Origin: Candidatus Binatia bacterium
GTDB lineage: Bacteria > Desulfobacterota > Binatia > DP-6
Reading direction: 5' to 3'
Assembly (NCBI GenBank): GCA_035650655.1
Contig: DASRHG010000146.1
Span: 5,923-69,922 of the forward strand
DNA: 64,000 bases
Shown here: one piece after another, positions 23,412 to 34,444 of the stretch
Numbering within the stretch: position 1 is the first letter of the stretch
Layout: every line of letters begins with the position of its first letter
Position numbers and translations under genes: made by a program
Notes under the pieces: generated by a model
Database searches by the model: none
What the model was told of the DNA's origin: nothing
Seen by the model: only the letters and a program-made list of their open reading frames with translations

Positions 23412-24206
23412 ACGCGGTATCTCGACGGCCCCCGCCCGCGGCTCTTCGCGCACCGGGGCGCGTCGGGCACGGCGCCGGAGAACACGCTCGAGGCGTTCGC
23501 CGCCGGCCTCACGGCGGGTGCCGACCGGCTCGAGCTCGACGTGCACGCGACCGCCGACGGCGCGGTCGTCGTCCTCCACGACGCGACCGTCGACCGCACG
23601 ACCGACGGGACGGGTCCGGTGCGCGCGCTCCGGCTCGCCGAGGTGCAGGCGCTCGACGCCGGCTACCGCTTCGAGACGCCCGACGGCGCCTTCCCCTTCC
23701 GCGGGTGCGGCGTCCGGATCCCCACGCTCGCGGAGCTCCTCGCCGCGTGTCCCGACGTCGCGCTGAACGTCGAGATCAAGCAGGACGCGCCGCCGATCGA
23801 GGACGCGGTGCTCGCCGTCCTCGACCGGTTCGACGCCCGCCAGCGGACGCTCCTCGCCGCCGAGAGCGCGGCCATCATGGCGCGCATCCGGGCGCGTGCG
23901 CCCGACGTCGTGACGAGCTTCTCCGCCGCCGAGGTGGCGGACTTCGTCGCCCGGCTGCGCGACGGCCGGCTCGCGGGCTGGAGCCCGCCCGGCGTCGCGC
24001 TCCAGGTCCCGCCGGCCTGGGGCGGCGTCGCGATCGTCACCGCGGAGTCGGTCGCCGCCGCGCACGCCCACGGCGTCGAGGTCCACGCGTGGACGATCAA
24101 CGACGAGGAAGAGATGCGCCGGCTGCTCGCGCTCGGCGTCGACGGGATCATGACCGACTTCCCGGCGCGCGCGGCGGCCGTCCTCGGCCGCGCCGGGCGC
24201 GGCTAA
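23412..24206 (+). CDS. glycerophosphodiester phosphodiesterase family protein (start codon unresolved)
   Basis: RLFAHRGASGTAPENTLEAF..ELDVH.T.DG..VV.HD..VDRTT.G.G, WTIND. No ATG/GTG/TTG/CTG lies between the conserved N-terminus and the M23 stop. The 5' coordinate is approximate. Confidence 0.75.
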   Translation, partial: TRYLDGPRPRLFAHRGASGTAPENTLEAFAAGLTAGADRLELDVHATADGAVVVLHDATVDRTTDGTGPVRALRLAEVQALDAGYRFETPDGAFPFRGCGVRIPTLAELLAACPDVALNVEIKQDAPPIEDAVLAVLDRFDARQRTLLAAESAAIMARIRARAPDVVTSFSAAEVADFVARLRDGRLAGWSPPGVALQVPPAWGGVAIVTAESVAAAHAHGVEVHAWTINDEEEMRRLLALGVDGIMTDFPARAAAVLGRAGRG

Positions 24207-25006
24207 CGGCCCGCGCCGGGCGCGAGCGCGTCGACGAGCGCGAGGAGCGGCGCGTGGAGGATGCCGTTCGAGGCGATCATCCCCGGCCGGAGCGGCGACG
24301 GCTGGTTGAAGACGAGCGGCCGACCGTCGAGGTCGGTCGCGCGGCCGCCCGCCTCCTCGACGAGGAGGACGCCCGCACAGATGTCCCACTCGTTCTTCGG
24401 CGTGAGCGTGAAGGTCGCGTCGCCGTGCCCGGCCGCGAGCTCGGCGAGCTTGAAGGCGACGCTGCCCGTGAGCGTCACGCGACAGTGCGGCTTGAAGGCG
24501 TCCCACTCGCCGCGCTTGTCCTCGGAGCGGCTCGCGAGCACGACGGCCCCGGCGACGTCGCGCGTCGCGCTCACGCGCGCCGGCGCGCCGTTCACCGTCG
24601 TCCCCTGACCGCGGACCGCGACGTAGAGCCGCTCGGCAGCGGGGTTGTACTCGACGGCGACGACCGGCCGCCCGTCCTCCGTGAGCGCGACGCAGACGCA
24701 GAACTCCGGGATGTGCTGGATGAACTCCTTCGTGCCGTCGAGCGGGTCGACGACCCAGACCCGGCGCTTGCCGAGGCGCTCGGTCGAGTCGGCGGTCTCC
24801 TCGGAGAGCCACCCGTCGGCGGGAAAGGCCGCGGCGACGTGGCGACGGATGCAGGCGTTCGCCTCGAGGTCGGCCTTCGTGAGCGGGCTGTCGGGGCCCT
24901 TCTGCCGCACCTCGACGCCACCCTCCTCGTAGTAGCGGCGGACGATCGCACCGGCCGCGCGCGCGGCCGCGACGGCGACCTCGCGCTCGCGCGCGAAGGC
25001 CGTCAT
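24203..25006 (-). CDS. inositol monophosphatase family protein (CysQ-like 3'(2'),5'-bisphosphate nucleotidase)
   Basis: [19 protein letters not shown], and the WDICAG motif in [20 protein letters not shown] 25006 lies inside track ORF 24203..26473(-). Confidence 0.82.
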   Translation of the reverse strand: MTAFAREREVAVAAARAAGAIVRRYYEEGGVEVRQKGPDSPLTKADLEANACIRRHVAAAFPADGWLSEETADSTERLGKRRVWVVDPLDGTKEFIQHIPEFCVCVALTEDGRPVVAVEYNPAAERLYVAVRGQGTTVNGAPARVSATRDVAGAVVLASRSEDKRGEWDAFKPHCRVTLTGSVAFKLAELAAGHGDATFTLTPKNEWDICAGVLLVEEAGGRATDLDGRPLVFNQPSPLRPGMIASNGILHAPLLALVDALAPGAGR

Positions 25007-26145
25007 TTCCGGCCGAGCGGCTTCGTCGCCTTGAATCCGCCGTCCGGCCCGAAGTCGTGCGCCTTGCGGTACTCCCGGACGAGCTTGTCCATGAGCGCCT
25101 CGCGCTGCTCGTAGAGCCGCTTCGGCTTCCGGGGCCTGTGGGTCGCGAGCGCGTAGGCGGTGAGGAGCGGGAGGGCGATCGTCGAGTCGCAGTAGCAGAC
25201 GACGGTGTCGGGGAGGCGGTCCGGGTCGACCTTGCCCCAGGAGACGGCCTCGCTCGGCGTCGCGCCGGAGAGGCCGCCCGTGTCGACGCGCGCGTCGGTG
25301 AACTGCACGTAGTAGTCGTGCCCCTTCTCCTCGATGCCGAGCACCTCCTGGACCTGCGGCTCGGTCTGGAGGACGAAGTTCTTCGGCGACCCGCCGCCCA
25401 GCATGAGGACGCCCGACTTCCCGCCCGACCGCTTCGCGGCGAGGACGATCGCGGCCGTCTCGTTGACGTCGCGGCAGACGTCGATCTTGAGCTTGCACCC
25501 CTCGATCGCCAGCGCCGCGACGTTCATGCCGATCGAGCTGTCGCCCGGCGACGAGGTGTAGACGGGCACCGCGTGCTCCCACGCGGCGGCGAGCAGCGAC
25601 TTCCGCGTGAGGCCGAGCGCACGCTGCCGCTCCGCGACGAAGCGGCCGATCACGTGGTGCATCTCGGCCGTCCCCATCTCGCGCTGGAACGGCTCGGCGA
25701 AGAGTATCTTCCGGAACCACGCGTCGGTGTCGAGCAGCACCTTGTAGTCGAAGACGATGTCGTAGATGCGGACGACCTCGTCCTTCCGCAGCGCGACGTC
25801 GTCGAGATCGGGACGCCCGCGGTGCATCGAGAGGCCGAGGCCGAAGTGCGTGTCGTGGTAGAGGTTCGCGCCCGTCGACACGATCCAGTCGACGAAGCCC
25901 GCCTCGATGAGCGGGATGAGACACGACATGCCGAGGCCGGCGGGCGTGAGCGCGCCGCTCACGCTGATCCCGATCGTCACGTCGTCCTCGAGCATCCGTC
26001 GCGTGAAGAGCTGCGCGGCTTCCCGCAGCCGCGCGCCGTTGTACGCGAGGAAGGCGTTGTCGATGAGCTCCGTGAGGGTGGTGGTCGCCGTGACGGGCGC
26101 GGGTTCGATGCGCGCCCCCTGGAGCAGTCGCTTCATCTCGCCCAT
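25003..26145 (-). CDS. deoxyhypusine synthase family protein (bacterial DHS-like)
   Basis: [36 protein letters not shown], ..[12 protein letters not shown]: the DHS fold motifs. The stop overlaps the downstream IMPase start by 4 nt. Confidence 0.82.
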   Translation of the reverse strand: MGEMKRLLQGARIEPAPVTATTTLTELIDNAFLAYNGARLREAAQLFTRRMLEDDVTIGISVSGALTPAGLGMSCLIPLIEAGFVDWIVSTGANLYHDTHFGLGLSMHRGRPDLDDVALRKDEVVRIYDIVFDYKVLLDTDAWFRKILFAEPFQREMGTAEMHHVIGRFVAERQRALGLTRKSLLAAAWEHAVPVYTSSPGDSSIGMNVAALAIEGCKLKIDVCRDVNETAAIVLAAKRSGGKSGVLMLGGGSPKNFVLQTEPQVQEVLGIEEKGHDYYVQFTDARVDTGGLSGATPSEAVSWGKVDPDRLPDTVVCYCDSTIALPLLTAYALATHRPRKPKRLYEQREALMDKLVREYRKAHDFGPDGGFKATKPLGRK

Positions 26146-26251
26146 GCGGTTTCGTTAGCATTTCCCGGACCATTTTCAAAAGTGCGGCGCTCGGTTGGCG
26201 CGCGATTTCGTCGTCCTTGACGCCTGCCGGCGGAGCCTCTACGGGTCGGGC

Positions 26252-26709
26252 GTGCGAAAGCTCGCGCTCGCCGTCGCGACGGTCGGCGGAGTCGGCTACG
26301 TCCCGGTGGCCTCCGGCACGTTCGGGTCGCTCGCGGCGGTACCGCTCCTGCCCGCGCTCGCGGCGCTGCGCACGCGGTCGCCGGCCGGGTACGCCGCCGC
26401 CGTCGCGGGGCTCGCCGCGGCCGCGATCTGGGCGGCGGGGCGGGCGGAAACCATCCTCGGCGGCCACGACCATTCGAACATCGTGATCGACGAGGTGGCC
26501 GGGCTCGTCGTGGCCGGCGCCTTCCTGCCGGGGACGTGGGCGGCGACGGCGGTCGCGTTCGTGCTCTTCCGCTTCTTCGACGTCGTGAAGCCGTTCCCGG
26601 CCAACGTGATCGACCGGCGGCTCGCAGGCGGCGTCTCCGTCGTGGGCGACGACCTCGTCGCCGGGGCGTACGCCGGCATCGCCGCGCGGCTTCTCCTCCG
26701 CTTCCTCCC

Positions 26710-26713
<4 letters not shown>
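26252..26713 (+). CDS. pgpA: phosphatidylglycerophosphatase A
   Basis: GVGYVPVASGTFGSLAAVPL.., the IVIDEV motif in HSNIVIDEVAG, and FRFFDVVKPFP. Alternative TTG start at 26195. Confidence 0.85.
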
Positions 26714-27999
<1,286 letters not shown>

Positions 28000-28066
28000 G
28001 CCGCGGGCGCGCGTGTGCGGGCGCGGCGAGGCACCTCCGCGCGCCCGAGCGGAGCGCCGCCGTGCA

Positions 28067-28096
28067 TTGACAGCCGCGTTCCCTCCCGCCTTTAGT
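28067..28096 (+). promoter_or_regulatory. sigma-70 type promoter candidate for thpR-recA
   Basis: A perfect -35 TTGACA at 28067-28072, an 18-nt spacer, then TTTAGT at 28091-28096. The thpR ATG is only about 15 nt downstream, so the leader would be very short. Confidence 0.35.
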
Positions 28097-28110
28097 CGCC
28101 CCGGCCTCGA

Positions 28111-28695
28111 ATGCGTTGCTTCGTCGCCGTCGACGTGTCGCCGGACGTGCGCGCCGCGCTCGGCGCGGCGCAGGCCGAGCTGCGCGCGGCGGCCCGGCGC
28201 GCCGACGTCCGCTGGGCCGAGCCGGCGCAGTTCCACGTGACGCTCCAGTTCCTCGGCGCCGTGTCGGACGAGCGCGTGCCCGAGGTCGTCGCCGCGCTCG
28301 GCGAGCCGGCCCGGCACGCGGCGCCGATCGCACTCGCCGCGGACGGCCTGGGTGCCTTTCCGAGCGTCCGCCGGCCGCGCGTCGTGTGGGCCGGGATGGG
28401 CGGCGACGTTGCGGCACTCGCGCGCCTTGCCGGCGCGGTCGGCCGGGCGCTCGCGCCGCTCGGATTCGAGCCCGAGGCGCGGGGGTTCCACGCGCACCTG
28501 ACGCTCGGCCGCGTCCGCTCCCCGCGCGGGATCGGCCGGCTCGCGACCGCGCTCGAGGCGGCGCGCGATGTGGCGCTCGGGACGTGGACGGCGCCGGAGG
28601 TCGTGCTGTACCAGAGCCGGCTCCGGCCGACGGGCGCGGTCTACGAGGCGGTCGCGAGGCTGCCGATGGGCGCGGGCGGGGCGCCGCGACGCTGA
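28111..28695 (+). CDS. thpR: RNA 2',3'-cyclic phosphodiesterase (2'-5' RNA ligase, ThpR/LigT)
   Basis: Two H-x-T-x motifs of the 2H phosphoesterase family: FHVTLQFLG and FHAHLTLGR. Confidence 0.85.
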   Translation: MRCFVAVDVSPDVRAALGAAQAELRAAARRADVRWAEPAQFHVTLQFLGAVSDERVPEVVAALGEPARHAAPIALAADGLGAFPSVRRPRVVWAGMGGDVAALARLAGAVGRALAPLGFEPEARGFHAHLTLGRVRSPRGIGRLATALEAARDVALGTWTAPEVVLYQSRLRPTGAVYEAVARLPMGAGGAPRR

Positions 28696-28828
28696 AGGAA
28701 CGCCGCCGTCACGATCGCGGCGCCGGCCGCACGCTCGCGCCCGCCCGCCCCGGGCGCGGGCCCGAAGACTCTGGAAAAAGGCATCGCCCCCGCTGGAGAC
28801 TCGGCGGCTCCCGGGCTACAGTGAGTCC

Positions 28829-28847
28829 CCTACGGGACGACCGTAGG
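28829..28847 (+). repeat. perfect 7-bp inverted repeat in the recA 5' region
   Basis: CCTACGG-GACGA-CCGTAGG, about 36 nt upstream of the recA ATG. Confidence 0.5.
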
Positions 28848-28882
28848 CCGGGGGCGCACGAGCAGCGGGGGGAGGGCACGAC

Positions 28883-29959
<1,077 letters not shown>

Positions 29960-29962
29960 GAC

Positions 29963-31114
29963 GTGGATCTGCATGCCATCCTCCGTGAGGGCGTCCGCAG
30001 ACAGGCTTCCGACATCCATCTGAAGGTCGGCGCACCGCCGATCCTCCGCGTGACCGGCACGCTCGTGCCGCTCGAGGACGCGCCCGTCCTCGGGCGCGAC
30101 GCGATGACCGCGCTCATGGGCGAGCTGCTCACGGACTTTCACCGCGAGCGACTCACCGCGAACCTCCAGGTGGACCTCGGCTACGGGCACCCGGAGCTCG
30201 GGCGCTTCCGCGTGAACGTCTTCCACCAGCGCGGCGAGCTCCAGGCGGCGCTCCGGCTGATCCCCCCGCGCGTGCGCGAGATCCGCGAGCTCAACCTCCC
30301 CGCGGTCGTCGAGCGGATCGCCGGCGAGCGGCGCGGCCTCGTGCTCGTCACGGGCACGACGGGCAGCGGGAAGTCGACGACGCTCGCGGCCATGATCGAC
30401 CACGTGAACCGGACGGCGAGCCGGCACGTCATCACGGTCGAGGACCCGATCGAGTACCTCCACACCGACGACAGGTCGATCGTCACGCAGCGCGAGATCG
30501 GCGTCGACTGCACGACCTTCGCCGCGGGCTTGAAGGGGGCGCTGCGCCAGGACCCGGACGTGATCCTCGTCGGCGAGATGCGCGACCTCGAGACGATCGA
30601 GACGGCGATCCTCGCCGCCGAGACGGGCCACCTCGTCATGTCGACGCTCCACACCCTCGACGCGACGGAGACGATCACGCGCGTCATCTCCGCCTTCCCG
30701 GAGCACGCGCGGACGCAGGCCCGGCTCATCCTCGCGAGCATCCTGAAGGGCGTCATCAGCCAGCGTCTCGTCCCGCGCGCGGACGGCACGGGGATGGTGC
30801 CGGCCGTCGAGGTCATGGTGTCGACGGCCCTCGTCCGGGAGTGCATCACGGTCCCGGAGCGCACGCGCGAGATCCGCGACGCGATCGCCCGCGGCCACAC
30901 GAGCTACGGGATGCAGACCTTCGACCAGTCCCTCATGCAGCTCTGGCGCGAGAACCTGATCACCTTCGACGAGGCGCTCGCCCAGTCGAGCAACCCCGAC
31001 GACTTCGCCCTGAAGGCCCGCGGCATCTCGTCGAGCAGCGACAGCCGGTGGGAGGACTTCGACGTGGAGGAGAAGGACGTCGCCGCGGAGCCGATCAAGG
31101 TCGACCGCTTCTGA
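29963..31114 (+). CDS. pilT: type IV pilus twitching-motility ATPase PilT family protein
   Basis: ASDIHLKVG.PP..R, Walker A GTTGSGKSTTLA, ITVEDPIEY, Walker B ILVGEMRD, and the His box in STLHTLDA. GTG start 3 nt after the recA stop. Confidence 0.9.
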   Translation: MDLHAILREGVRRQASDIHLKVGAPPILRVTGTLVPLEDAPVLGRDAMTALMGELLTDFHRERLTANLQVDLGYGHPELGRFRVNVFHQRGELQAALRLIPPRVREIRELNLPAVVERIAGERRGLVLVTGTTGSGKSTTLAAMIDHVNRTASRHVITVEDPIEYLHTDDRSIVTQREIGVDCTTFAAGLKGALRQDPDVILVGEMRDLETIETAILAAETGHLVMSTLHTLDATETITRVISAFPEHARTQARLILASILKGVISQRLVPRADGTGMVPAVEVMVSTALVRECITVPERTREIRDAIARGHTSYGMQTFDQSLMQLWRENLITFDEALAQSSNPDDFALKARGISSSSDSRWEDFDVEEKDVAAEPIKVDRF

Positions 31115-31547
31115 CCGCCCCGCGCGCCCGGCGCCGACGCCGCTCGACGTCGCCGCACGGCTCCTCGCGCGCCGCGCGCTCAGCGAGGGCGACCTCGAGC
31201 GCCGGCTCGTCGCGAAGGGCTACCGGCCCGCGACGGCGGCGGCGACCGTCGCCCGCTGCCGCGAGCTGGGTTGGGTCGCGGACGAGGCCTTCGCGCTGGA
31301 CCGCGCCCGCGCGCTCCGCGCGCGCGGGGCGGGGAGCCTCCGGATCGCGGCCGACCTCGAGGCCCGCGGCCTGCCCGAGCCGCTCGTCGCCCGTGCCGTG
31401 GAGGCCTCCCTCGACGGCGAGCGCGAGGCGACGTGGGCGCGCCGCGCCCTCGGCCGCACGACCGACCCGCGCCGGGCGTGGCGCCTCCTCGCGGCCCGCG
31501 GCTTTCCCGAGGACGTGATCGCCGACGTGGTCGGCGACCCGGACTGA
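31113..31547 (+). CDS. recX: recombination regulator RecX (no canonical start codon; 5' end unresolved)
   Basis: Frame-0 translation gives ..PLDVAARLLARRALSEGDLERRLVAKGYRPATAAATVARCRELGWVADEAFA..LRIAADLEARGLPEPLV..WRLLAARGFPEDVI, the RecX three-repeat pattern. It is absent from the ORF track because the first in-frame ATG/GTG/TTG is at 31398. Confidence 0.7.
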   Translation, partial: DRPARPAPTPLDVAARLLARRALSEGDLERRLVAKGYRPATAAATVARCRELGWVADEAFALDRARALRARGAGSLRIAADLEARGLPEPLVARAVEASLDGEREATWARRALGRTTDPRRAWRLLAARGFPEDVIADVVGDPD

Positions 31548-31575
31548 CGCGGCCCCGCGCCGCGCGCTCCGGGGC

Positions 31576-32436
31576 TCAGAGGATCTCGACCCGGTCCCCG
31601 ACCGCGACCGCGCCCGGCGTCGCGACCGTCGCGTACGCGCCGAGATTCTGCCCCGCGTCGCGCACGATCGTCCGCAGCACCGCGGGGTCCTTCGGCAGGT
31701 CGCCCTGCGGGAGCGTCGTCATGACGCAGCGGACGCACGGCATCTCGACCTTGAGCCGCACGGCCCCGACGGCGAGCGTCCTCCCGGACCACTCGGGCTC
31801 GAGGAGCCCCGTGGCCGCGTCGCTCTCGACCAGGACGTTCGGCCGGAATCGCCGCACGTCGAAGCGGGCCGCCGGCGTCTTCGCGCCGAGCGTCGCGAGC
31901 GTCGCCGTCGTGACGACGTGGATCGGGAACGCGTCGAAGTACGTGCCGAGCGGCGAGGTGAACTCGAGCAGCTCGGGCGGGAAGACGCCGAGGTCGGGCA
32001 GGGGCTCGTCCTCGAGCCGGCCGAAGATCTCCCGCAGCTCGGCGAGCATGTCGGGGTTGTCGGGTGCGGCGCGGCGGTAGTGGTCCCGGGCGGTCGCGGG
32101 CTGGAGCGGCCAGAGCGTGACCGGGCGGTCGACGAGGGCGGTGAGGCGCTCGGCGACGTCGGCGTCGTCGCTGCGCACGACGGCGCCGTCGGGGAACGTG
32201 ATCGCGACCGGCGGGACGGTGTCGATCGACGGCTCCGCGACGTAGCGCGCCCCGCACCGGAGGAGCTCGGGCAGCTTCTTCGCCCCGCGGATCTCGCCGG
32301 CGCGCTCGTCGCGGACGGCCCACCCGCGGTCGCCGACGATCCCGCGCGGGCCGATGACGACGCGCTCGTGCCGCTCCCCGGCCATCGACTTGACGGGATA
32401 GCGCCACAGCTCCCGCACGCGACCGACGACGCCCAC
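31576..32436 (-). CDS. MOSC domain-containing protein
   Basis: N-terminal beta-barrel VRELWRYPVKSMAGE, and a C-terminal MOSC domain RFRPN..V.......E..W, with the conserved Cys in MPCVRCVMTT. GTG start. Confidence 0.8.
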   Translation of the reverse strand: MGVVGRVRELWRYPVKSMAGERHERVVIGPRGIVGDRGWAVRDERAGEIRGAKKLPELLRCGARYVAEPSIDTVPPVAITFPDGAVVRSDDADVAERLTALVDRPVTLWPLQPATARDHYRRAAPDNPDMLAELREIFGRLEDEPLPDLGVFPPELLEFTSPLGTYFDAFPIHVVTTATLATLGAKTPAARFDVRRFRPNVLVESDAATGLLEPEWSGRTLAVGAVRLKVEMPCVRCVMTTLPQGDLPKDPAVLRTIVRDAGQNLGAYATVATPGAVAVGDRVEIL

Positions 32437-32551
32437 GACGCACCCTTAGGCCGCCCGCGGCGGCCGGTCAACGAGCGCGGGCCGTGCGCCCGGCCGCCGC
32501 CGCGCGCCTACCGGGATTGACGGCCCCGCGCGGCGGGCGCTCTCTCCGGGC

Positions 32552-33106
32552 ATGCGCGCGCTCGCCGCCGCGGCGCTCGTCGTCCTCGCCGCGTCCGCCG
32601 CGCGGGGGCGCGAGCTCGCGGGCGTCCGGCTGCCCGAGACCGTGGAGGCCGCCGGGAAGACGCTTCGGCTGAACGGCGCCGCCGTCCGCACGCGCCTCTT
32701 CTTCAAGGTGTACGCGATCGGCCTCTACCTCGAGCACCCCGCCACCTCGGCCGACGCCGTCGTCGCCGCGCACGACGTCCGCTACGTCGCGCTTCATCTC
32801 CTCCGCGCGCTCGACGCGGACGAGATCGCGTCGGCGATCGGGGACGCGTTCGAGCGGAACTCCGCCGACCGCATGCCGGCGCTGCGCGACCGGCTCGCCC
32901 GGTTCGAGCAGATGTTCCCGGCGGTCCGGCCGGGCGACGTGATCGCGCTCACGGTCGCGCCCGGAACGACCCGCGTCGTCGTGAACGGAAGCTCGCGGGG
33001 GACGATCGCGGGCGACGACTTCGGCAGCGCGCTGCTCGCCGTCTGGCTCGGCCCGAAGCCCGTCGACGACGGGATCGAGCGCGCGCTCCTCGCCGGCGGA
33101 CGCTAG
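32552..33106 (+). CDS. chalcone isomerase-like (fatty-acid-binding type) family protein, secreted
   Basis: Signal peptide, then LRLNGAAVRTRLFFKVYAIGLYLE and ..FG.ALLAVWLG, typical of bacterial CHI-like proteins. Confidence 0.7.
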   Translation: MRALAAAALVVLAASAARGRELAGVRLPETVEAAGKTLRLNGAAVRTRLFFKVYAIGLYLEHPATSADAVVAAHDVRYVALHLLRALDADEIASAIGDAFERNSADRMPALRDRLARFEQMFPAVRPGDVIALTVAPGTTRVVVNGSSRGTIAGDDFGSALLAVWLGPKPVDDGIERALLAGGR

Positions 33107-33675
33107 GGGGCCCGCCCGACACCGAGGATGGCGCGCGCGCGGCGCTCCATCCTGAGCATCCCCTTCTCGGAGACGAACGCCGCGAGGCGGTCGCGGGGGA
33201 TCCAGCGCAGCTCGTGCGACTCGTCGTTCGCGCGCGGCGTTGCGCCGGGCGGCGCCACGAGGAGAAAGCGGACGTCGTGGTGGAGGTGGGTGGGCTCGCC
33301 GGGACGCGCGGGAATCGGGTGGACGTCGACGTCGAGGGGCAGCGCCCCGGCGTCGCCGGGGGGCGCCGCGAGGGCCTCGATCCCCGACTCCTCGCGCGCC
33401 TCGCGCAGCGCGACGGTGCGGACGTCGGCCTCGCCGTCGGCATGGCCGCCGAGCTGGAGCCAGCGGCCGAGCTTGCGGTGGTGCATCAGGAGAACGCGTC
33501 GCCCGTCGGCCGACACGACCCAGGCCGAGCCGGTCACGTGCCCCGGAAGACACGCGCGCTCGAAGCAGTCGGGGTGCGCCCGGACGAAGCGGGCGATGCG
33601 CTCGGCCCGTGCCCGGTCCTCCGGATGCCGGGCGGCGTGTGCGGCGAGGAGCCGGAGGAGCGGCTCGCGGTGCAT
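33103..33675 (-). CDS. NUDIX hydrolase
   Basis: Nudix box GGHADGEADVRTVALREAREESGIE (GX5EX7REUXEEXGU pattern). Confidence 0.85.
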   Translation of the reverse strand: MHREPLLRLLAAHAARHPEDRARAERIARFVRAHPDCFERACLPGHVTGSAWVVSADGRRVLLMHHRKLGRWLQLGGHADGEADVRTVALREAREESGIEALAAPPGDAGALPLDVDVHPIPARPGEPTHLHHDVRFLLVAPPGATPRANDESHELRWIPRDRLAAFVSEKGMLRMERRARAILGVGRAP

Positions 33676-33695
33676 CGCCGCCGAGTCTGTCAGGG

Positions 33696-34343
33696 ATGGG
33701 TGGCTTCCGCTACAGTCGCGCCGTGCCTCTTCGCGCCGTGCTGTTCGACCTGGGCGGCGTCGTCGTCGGGTCCCCCCTCCACGCGATCGCCGCGTACGAG
33801 CGCGCGCACGGCCTCCCGGCGGGTTCGATCAACCGGATCGTCGTCGCGACGGGACCGGGCGGCGCGTGGGCCCGGCTCGAGCGCGGCGAGCTCGGGCTCG
33901 AGGCGTTCTACGCCGCGTTCGACGCCGACTGCGCCGCCGGCGGCTGCCGCATCGTGGCGCGCGACTTGATGGCGCGCGTCGCCGCGTCGACGACGCCGCG
34001 TCCCGAGATGCTCGCGGCGATCGCCCGCATCCGCGCACGCGGTCTCAAGGCGGGCGCGATCACGAACAACTGGGTCGGCGAGGAGCCCGGCGTGTCGGCG
34101 CTCGCGCCGCACTTCGACGTGATGGTCGAGTCCGCCTTCGTCGGCCTCCGGAAGCCCGACCCGGCGATCTTCCACCTGGCGTGCGAGCGCCTCGCGATCA
34201 CGCCGCCGGAGGCCGTCTTCCTCGACGACATCGGCGCGAACCTGAAGACCGCCCGCGCCCTCGGTATGACGACGATCAAGGTGGACGACCCCGGGACCGC
34301 GCTCGCCGCGCTCGAGGGCGTCCTCGGCTTCGCGCTCCGATGA
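33696..34343 (+). CDS. HAD family hydrolase (epoxide-hydrolase N-terminal phosphatase-like)
   Basis: Motif I is the DxG triad in VLFDLGGVVV, motif II is ITNN, then K-PDP (GLRKPDPAIF), and motif IV is FLDDIG.NL. Alternative GTG start at 33723. Confidence 0.82.
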   Translation: MGGFRYSRAVPLRAVLFDLGGVVVGSPLHAIAAYERAHGLPAGSINRIVVATGPGGAWARLERGELGLEAFYAAFDADCAAGGCRIVARDLMARVAASTTPRPEMLAAIARIRARGLKAGAITNNWVGEEPGVSALAPHFDVMVESAFVGLRKPDPAIFHLACERLAITPPEAVFLDDIGANLKTARALGMTTIKVDDPGTALAALEGVLGFALR

Positions 34344-34444
34344 GCCGCCGCGCCGCGCGCCGTCGCTCCCGGGTCGGTGGGGAGGAAATACCGTCCTTCC
34401 CCTCTCGACGCGCGCGTCGCCGCCGCGCGACACTCCGTGCGCCG

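Noticed and set aside
26157-26172. TGGTCC-GGGAA-ATGCT (minus strand) directly upstream of the DHS-like gene, as a sigma-54 promoter.
   Set aside because: There are two mismatches in the -24 hexamer, and the predicted start site coincides with the ATG itself. It is too weak to call. I mention it only because the CoADR candidate shows the same near-leaderless geometry.
29963-31114. pilT as evidence for a type IV pilus or competence locus next to recA.
   Set aside because: No pilB/C/M-Q, pilin or com genes are in the window. It appears to be an orphan PilT-family ATPase.
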